Under the pieces are notes generated by a model that saw only the letters and a program-made list of their open reading frames with translations, was not told where the DNA came from and did not search any database. Shown here one piece after another: positions 58,847-64,000 of a DNA stretch of 64,000 nucleotides. Source of the stretch: Myxococcota bacterium (GTDB lineage: Bacteria; Myxococcota_A; UBA9160; PR03); the NCBI GenBank assembly GCA_041611735.1, contig JBFIML010000004.1:32001-96000 (forward strand), written 5' to 3'. The position numbers were made by a program, and so were the translations under genes. Position 1 is the stretch's first letter; each line of letters begins with the position of its first letter.

Positions 58847-60165
58847 CGGGGGGCCTGCGCCCGGGCTGCGACGACCCGCGCGATCTCCGTGGCGACCCGC
58901 TGGTAGCCCCGCGGCGTGTAGTGGCAGCAGTGGTCCTTGTAGATCTCGCCGGGCTCGTCGCGGAAGAGGCCGGTCAGATCGTGGAAGGCGATGCCCGCCC
59001 GGGCCAGCTCCGCCCCCGCCGCCACCAGGCGCGGGTAGCCGAGCTCGGCGCCCTGGCGGTAGCGATCGCGGGCCGGACTCCGGGCCGTGGCCCGCTCCCG
59101 GGGCGTCAGCGCCTTGGAGCCCGCCAGGTACTGGTTGGGCTGGAGGAAGTGGAGATAGAGCATGCCGTTGGCCTGCGCGAGGTGCGCCATCTCCCGGGAG
59201 GCGGCCTGCCAGGTACGCACCAGCGCCTCGAGCAGCGCGGCGTCGGTGGCGGGGGCGTCGACGGGGCCCGTCAGCTCGGGACCCGGCCCCGCCTCCTCCT
59301 GGAGGAGGCTGCGCAGCTGCGCCTCGAGACGCGTCTGCTCCGAGAGGTAGCGGCGATGCAGGGCGTGCCACACCAGGAGCGCGAAGCCGCTCTCGCGCCA
59401 CGGGGCCGCCGCGAAGCGCGCGCGCAGCGTCTCGATCTGCTCCCGCTCCGCGGCCAGCCGCCCCACCAGGATCGTCGTGTCCACGGACTGCACCCGGGCG
59501 GCGTAGGCCCGCCAGCTGCGCGGGTAGTCGGACGCCACGTGCAGGCGCGCGTTCTCCGCGAAGGGGAGCGCCACCTCGTTGTAGCCGTCGAGATTGACCA
59601 CCGCGTCGAAGCGGGCGCCCCGGGTCAGGAGCCAGGCCAGGGCCAGCAGCTGCTGGGGCTGCTTCATGCCGTCCAGGGCCAGGCAGACGATCTCGATGCG
59701 CCGGGCGGCCAGGGTGACGTCCGCCGCCAGCTGACGCTCGAGCACCGCGCGAGCCTCGAGGAAGAGCTCCAGGGCCACGGAACCCCCGAAGAGCGCGACG
59801 CGGAAGGCGAGTCCGGGACGTTGCACCAGGGGATCCGGGCCGAAGAAGCCGTAACGGTTCACGGCCACGTGGACCGGGATGCCGTTCAGACGATGCTCCG
59901 CCAGGGCGGGATTGCGCACGAAGCCCAGGTAGGGATGCAGGATGTGGTCCTGCATCCAGGGCGGGGCGGGCCGCCGCCCCTCCGGGCCCGGGGCCCGCGC
60001 CTCCGGGGTCCGCGCCGGCAGCTCGAGGCTGGCCTGGACCTGGGCGCGGCTGGCCCAGCGGTCCGAGAGCAGGCCCAGCAGGGCGCGCGAGCCGAGCTCG
60101 AGGAGCACTGCCGTCACCAGCACCACGCCGAGGGCGACCGCCGAGGTCCGGATGGCGCGCCGCAT
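58843..60165 (-). CDS. SGNH-fold membrane-anchored protein
   Basis: LLELGSR anchor, HPYLGF, NRYGF, FGGSVA, NLDGYNE, FLQP, KDHCCHY; TGATG coupling. Confidence 0.78.
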   Translation of the reverse strand: MRRAIRTSAVALGVVLVTAVLLELGSRALLGLLSDRWASRAQVQASLELPARTPEARAPGPEGRRPAPPWMQDHILHPYLGFVRNPALAEHRLNGIPVHVAVNRYGFFGPDPLVQRPGLAFRVALFGGSVALELFLEARAVLERQLAADVTLAARRIEIVCLALDGMKQPQQLLALAWLLTRGARFDAVVNLDGYNEVALPFAENARLHVASDYPRSWRAYAARVQSVDTTILVGRLAAEREQIETLRARFAAAPWRESGFALLVWHALHRRYLSEQTRLEAQLRSLLQEEAGPGPELTGPVDAPATDAALLEALVRTWQAASREMAHLAQANGMLYLHFLQPNQYLAGSKALTPRERATARSPARDRYRQGAELGYPRLVAAGAELARAGIAFHDLTGLFRDEPGEIYKDHCCHYTPRGYQRVATEIARVVAARAQAPR

Positions 60166-61802
60166 CACGGCGTGAGCGGTGCGCCGTGGGCCCGGCGCTC
60201 GGCGAGCCGGGCCCGCACCGCGGCGAGCTCGCCGCGCACCGCCTCGTCGAAGCCTCCCCCGAGACGCAGCGCCTGCTCCAGCAGCGCGGCCGCCTCCTCC
60301 AGCTCGCCGCGCACGTAGTGGGCGTGGGCTCGAACGCGCAGGTCCGCCTGGGTCTGCCGCGGCCGGTCCCGCGTGGCCTCGATCCAGGCGCCGGCCATGT
60401 CGGCCAGCACGGCCTGGAAGCGCGGGTCCTCGCGAACGGCCGCGAAATCCGGCACCTCGTAGAAGTACATGAAGCGGTGGAAGCCCCGCTCGAAGGCGCG
60501 GCGCGCCGCCCCCGCCGCCACGGCGGCGTCGCCGCGCCGGGCGGCCCGGCTGGCCGAGACCACCTGGGCGGCCAGGCCGTCGGGGTAGTGACGCACCGTG
60601 GCCAGGGTGAGCGTGGCCTCGGAGCGCCAGATGCGGGCCTGCGCGTGGCTGCGCACGGCGAAGACGGCGGCCAGCACCAGCACCGCCGCCGTGGCCACGC
60701 GGGCCGGGGAGAGGGCGCCGGGCCGGGCGGCGCGGGGCGCGAAGCGCGCCCGCACATCGCCCGCCACGCACAGCGCGGCGCCCAGCAGACCTGGCAGGAT
60801 CGTGTAGAGGTAGCGGTCCGCCATGGGATACAAGAACGGCAGCGCCTGGGAGACCGGCGCCCAGGCGGCCGCCGCCCACACCCACCAGGCCGCCTCCTCG
60901 CGCCGCCGGGCCAGGGCCCAGACCACCCGGGCGGCCAGCAGGCCCCCGAGCGCCAGGCCCGCCAGCCACCAGGGATCGAGCCAGGAGAGCGCCGGGGGGG
61001 GCTCGTGGAAGGGCGCCACCCCCCAGGAGGTGGCGGCCATCACCAGGTAGCGGGCGCCGATGGCGACCGCGGTGCGCACGTGCACCCAGGGGTCCGGGTG
61101 CAGCCCCTCGGCCAGCATCCCCTGGCGGCCGAAGCTGAACAGCGCGGGGGCGGCGTAGAGCGCGAACAGCCCCCCCCACACCAGGAGCCAGCGCGCGTGG
61201 CGGCGCCAGCCGTCGGCCGGGTCCCGGGCGTTCCAGGCGAAGACCGCCGCCACCGGCAGTGCGAAGGACGTGGACGCCTTGCTGAGCAGTCCCGCGGCGA
61301 AGAGCACCGCGGCGAGCAGCGGGCGGGTCGGGAAGGCCAGCAGGGCCCCGACGCCCAGGGCCAGGCAGGCCAGGGTCTTCAGCTGGAAGATCCAGGCCAC
61401 CGTCTCCACGTTGGCCGGGTGCACCAGGAAGACGAGGCCCGCCAGCCCGCTCGCCAGGGGCGGGAAGCCCCGCCGCACCAGGAGCGCCACCAGCAGCGCC
61501 GTGGCCAGCGCGTGCAGCACCACGTTCACCACGTGGTAGCCCGTCGTGTCCGGACCCCAGAGCGACCACTCGAGGGCGTGGGCCAGCAGGTGCACGGGCG
61601 CCCAGTTCGCAGTGTAGAGCGCCGGCTCGCCCCAGGGATCCAGCAGCGCCCGCAGGTTGTCGAGGCTGAGCGCGTGCACGTAGGGATTGGTGACGATGTA
61701 GCCGAGGTCGTCGGAGAGGAAGCTCCCGTGCAGGGCCGGGGCGAAGACGGCGAGGGCGATCAGCGTGAAGCCGACGGGGAGCGCCACCGGGACGAGCCGC
61801 AT
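60165..61802 (-). CDS. TMTC-like GT-C glycosyltransferase with TPR tail
   Basis: FLSDDLGYIVTNP, YHVVNVVLH, HPANVETVAWI, LSK, MADRYLY, W.SE..L. Confidence 0.85.
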   Translation of the reverse strand: MRLVPVALPVGFTLIALAVFAPALHGSFLSDDLGYIVTNPYVHALSLDNLRALLDPWGEPALYTANWAPVHLLAHALEWSLWGPDTTGYHVVNVVLHALATALLVALLVRRGFPPLASGLAGLVFLVHPANVETVAWIFQLKTLACLALGVGALLAFPTRPLLAAVLFAAGLLSKASTSFALPVAAVFAWNARDPADGWRRHARWLLVWGGLFALYAAPALFSFGRQGMLAEGLHPDPWVHVRTAVAIGARYLVMAATSWGVAPFHEPPPALSWLDPWWLAGLALGGLLAARVVWALARRREEAAWWVWAAAAWAPVSQALPFLYPMADRYLYTILPGLLGAALCVAGDVRARFAPRAARPGALSPARVATAAVLVLAAVFAVRSHAQARIWRSEATLTLATVRHYPDGLAAQVVSASRAARRGDAAVAAGAARRAFERGFHRFMYFYEVPDFAAVREDPRFQAVLADMAGAWIEATRDRPRQTQADLRVRAHAHYVRGELEEAAALLEQALRLGGGFDEAVRGELAAVRARLAERRAHGAPLTP

Positions 61803-61834
61803 GGGGCGATGCTACCGCGCCACTTGCCGGCCGT

Positions 61835-63883
61835 TCAGCGCCACCCGTAGCGCTGGGAGAGCATGTACTCGTACAGGCCCCGCGAGCGGGGGTCGTCGGG
61901 ATCCGACTCGTACAGCTCCCGGGCGAGGCGCTCCGCGTCCTGCACGCGGCGCTGGCGCAGGAACGTGTTGGCCAGGCGGCGGCGCGGCTCGCGGGCCTCG
62001 GGGCGCAACGCGAGGGCCGCCTCGTCCGCCTCCACCTGGGCCTCGAACTCGCCGAGCAGCCACCAGGTGTTGGCCAGCTGGTGGAGGGCGCGGTCGCGCA
62101 GCCCCGGGTCGGGGCTCGACGCCTGCGCCTCCCAGCGCGCGAAGCCCGGCTCGATCAGGCCCTGCTCGATCGCCCAGGCGGGGGCGGCGCGCACCACCTC
62201 CCGGGGACGCAGCCCCGCCTCCGGGTCGAAGGGGATGCCGCGCTCCCGGTAGTACGCGCCCACGCGCCACAGGTTGATCCCGTTGCGGGCGTTGCGGCGC
62301 AGGTAGATCGCGTGATCCATGCTGCGGAAGACGAGCACCCAGCCCGGCGCGTCGCGCAAGAGCTCCACGGTGTAGAGGTTCGCGTAGTAGCCGTCCGGCA
62401 GGCCGGCGCCCAGGAAGAGATCGACGCCGTAGTCGTCCAGCAGGGCCAGGGTGTCGTCCCGCCGGTCCAGGCGCGCGGCGGAGCGGACGATGGCCAGGTA
62501 GTCCTGCATGACCTGGGGCGCGTAGTGCTCGGTGCGGCCGTCGATGAAGGTGCGCAGCTGGGGAGCCAGCTGCCGGCCGGCGTAGCCGCCCACGTGGTAG
62601 GGGTTGAAGAGCCGGCCCTCGAGCCCGGCGTCCTGGAGGAAGCGGATCCCGGGCCCCAAGTAGCGGCGGGAGAGGTGCGAGGCCGCGTAGCCCCCGGGCT
62701 CCCGCACGATCTCGCCGACGAAGCCGTGCCACTCGGGCAGCCGTGCGAAGCCCAGGGTCAGCACGAGACAGGCCGCCGCCAGGGCCCAGTCCAGGCGACG
62801 CGCGGCCCGCGCGCGCCCGCTGAGGCCCTCGCGGTCCGCGTGGAGCAGGAAGAGCAGCACGAAGAAGCCCATCCAGAGGAAGCGCAGGGAGATGGCGATG
62901 GCGCAGGCGGCGGCACAGGCCAGGGCGCCGCGCAGCGGATCGGCCAGGCGCAGCCGCTGGGCCGAGGGCCGGCGCAGGAAGCCGAAGCCGGCGACCACGG
63001 CGGTGCCGACGAGCAGCAGGCCGAGCGCGTCGGCGGTGGCCCAGGAGACCGGGTCGATCCCGGCCGCCCCCTCGCCAGGCGGGTCCAGCGGCCGGAACGG
63101 CGCCCACTCGTCGCGCACCTTCCAGATGGCCGCGTCGCGCGAGGAGCTGAAGAACGTCAGATGCTGGGCGATCCCGCGCGGGTTCACCAGCGAGGCGAGG
63201 GCACCGAGCCCGAGGGCCGCCGCCACGCGGCCCGGCCGCGGCCCCGGCGCGGCCGGCGGGCTCCCGGGAAGACGCGCCGCGAGAGCGCGCCGGGCCCCGA
63301 GGCCCAGCAGGCCCGCCCCGCCCAGGGCGAGGCCGGCGCCGAACAGCGAGTGCAGGTTGGCCCACAGGCCGAAGCCCAGCGCGACGGCGGCCACGCGTCG
63401 CCAGGACGGTCCGCCCGGCACGGCGAAGAGCAGCCGCCAGAGGGCAATGGCGGCGGCGATCGAGACCAGGTCGGGCCGCAGCTGGAACAGGCGGCGCCAG
63501 GAGAGGATCCCGAAGGCGACCGTGGCGGCCACCGCCGGCAGCGCGCCGCGGCTCTCGCGGCGGAAGCTCGTCCAGACCAGGACGCCGATCCCGAGCACGG
63601 CGAGCCCGTGGACGACGCGCAGCCCCTGGAGGCCCAGCCCGCGCTCCAGGCCGAAGACCAGCGCGCCGAAGCCCCACTCGTGCTGGACGGGCGCGCGGCC
63701 GCCCGCCGTATGAAGCAGCGGGTCCTCGGAGGGCCACAGCGTCCCGGTGGCGTAGACCTCGCCCAGCGCCAGGTGGAACCAGAGATCGTCCGTGGCCAGG
63801 GGGCGGCCTACCAGGAAGAGCAGCAACAGGATCAGGAGGGCCAGAGCCACGAGGGCGAGCCCGAGCGGAGCCCGATCCCTCAC
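61835..63883 (-). CDS. Polytopic membrane protein, putative GT-C glycosyltransferase with TPR tail
   Basis: DDLWFHLALG, HEW, RP, WANLHS.F, VNP.G, EW.P, FNPYHVGGY, FIDGR; TPR at C-terminus. Confidence 0.75.
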   Translation of the reverse strand: MRDRAPLGLALVALALLILLLLFLVGRPLATDDLWFHLALGEVYATGTLWPSEDPLLHTAGGRAPVQHEWGFGALVFGLERGLGLQGLRVVHGLAVLGIGVLVWTSFRRESRGALPAVAATVAFGILSWRRLFQLRPDLVSIAAAIALWRLLFAVPGGPSWRRVAAVALGFGLWANLHSLFGAGLALGGAGLLGLGARRALAARLPGSPPAAPGPRPGRVAAALGLGALASLVNPRGIAQHLTFFSSSRDAAIWKVRDEWAPFRPLDPPGEGAAGIDPVSWATADALGLLLVGTAVVAGFGFLRRPSAQRLRLADPLRGALACAAACAIAISLRFLWMGFFVLLFLLHADREGLSGRARAARRLDWALAAACLVLTLGFARLPEWHGFVGEIVREPGGYAASHLSRRYLGPGIRFLQDAGLEGRLFNPYHVGGYAGRQLAPQLRTFIDGRTEHYAPQVMQDYLAIVRSAARLDRRDDTLALLDDYGVDLFLGAGLPDGYYANLYTVELLRDAPGWVLVFRSMDHAIYLRRNARNGINLWRVGAYYRERGIPFDPEAGLRPREVVRAAPAWAIEQGLIEPGFARWEAQASSPDPGLRDRALHQLANTWWLLGEFEAQVEADEAALALRPEAREPRRRLANTFLRQRRVQDAERLARELYESDPDDPRSRGLYEYMLSQRYGWR

Positions 63884-64000
63884 TCCGCGTAGCCCAGGGC
63901 CTCGAGACGCTGCCGCAGGGCTTGGGACACGTGGTGCGCGGTCTCGTAGCGCGCGATCCCGTCCTGCCGGGGGTCCGGGCGCTGCGCGCGCAGGGTCGCC
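63880..64000 (-). CDS. C-terminus of a sulfatase-like protein (starts beyond window)
   Basis: ...HVSQALRQRLEALGYAE* ; LxALGY terminal motif shared with the other two sulfatase-fold genes; GTGA overlap with next gene. Confidence 0.65.
   Translation of the reverse strand, partial: ATLRAQRPDPRQDGIARYETAHHVSQALRQRLEALGYAE

Noticed and set aside
31181-64000. Prophage, ICE or anti-phage defence island
   Set aside because: No integrase, transposase, att/tRNA site, phage structural genes or nuclease/ATPase defence domains were recognised.

Overview
Very GC-rich bacterial DNA, probably Myxococcota/deltaproteobacterial. This is inferred from a myxobacterial-type PilA, a REC-DUF4388-DnaJ-TPR protein and a PEP-CTERM protein. 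The left half (1-31 kb) is mostly housekeeping or accessory: TetR plus a ferritin-like diiron gene, thiD, a pilin, an ABC transporter, a gatCAB-asmA-mtnA-regulator-ilvE run, a DEAD-box helicase, LOG, a large secreted CehA/McbA-like metallohydrolase with a HEAT partner, LuxR plus an alginate-export-type porin next to a frameshifted gene remnant, larE and ddl. The right half (31.2-64 kb, continuing past the window edge) is a dense cell-envelope modification island. It holds three fused MFS/'spermidine synthase' proteins lacking aminopropyltransferase signature residues, about seven GT-C-type membrane glycosyltransferases (several with TPRs), a GT9, two SAM methyltransferases and two SGNH proteins. 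It also holds three sulfatase-fold proteins (both complete ones have Thr at the formylglycine site), a TolB-like lipoprotein, and a Thr/Ser/Gly-rich PEP-CTERM protein behind a textbook sigma-54 promoter with an IHF site. Together this suggests an undescribed extracytoplasmic glycosylation and decoration system. Other signals: frequent leaderless-type promoters, one symmetric bidirectional promoter, two probable CTG starts and a nested tandem-repeat element. No rRNA, tRNA, CRISPR array or transposase was recognised. All family calls come from motif recognition by eye, not database searches.
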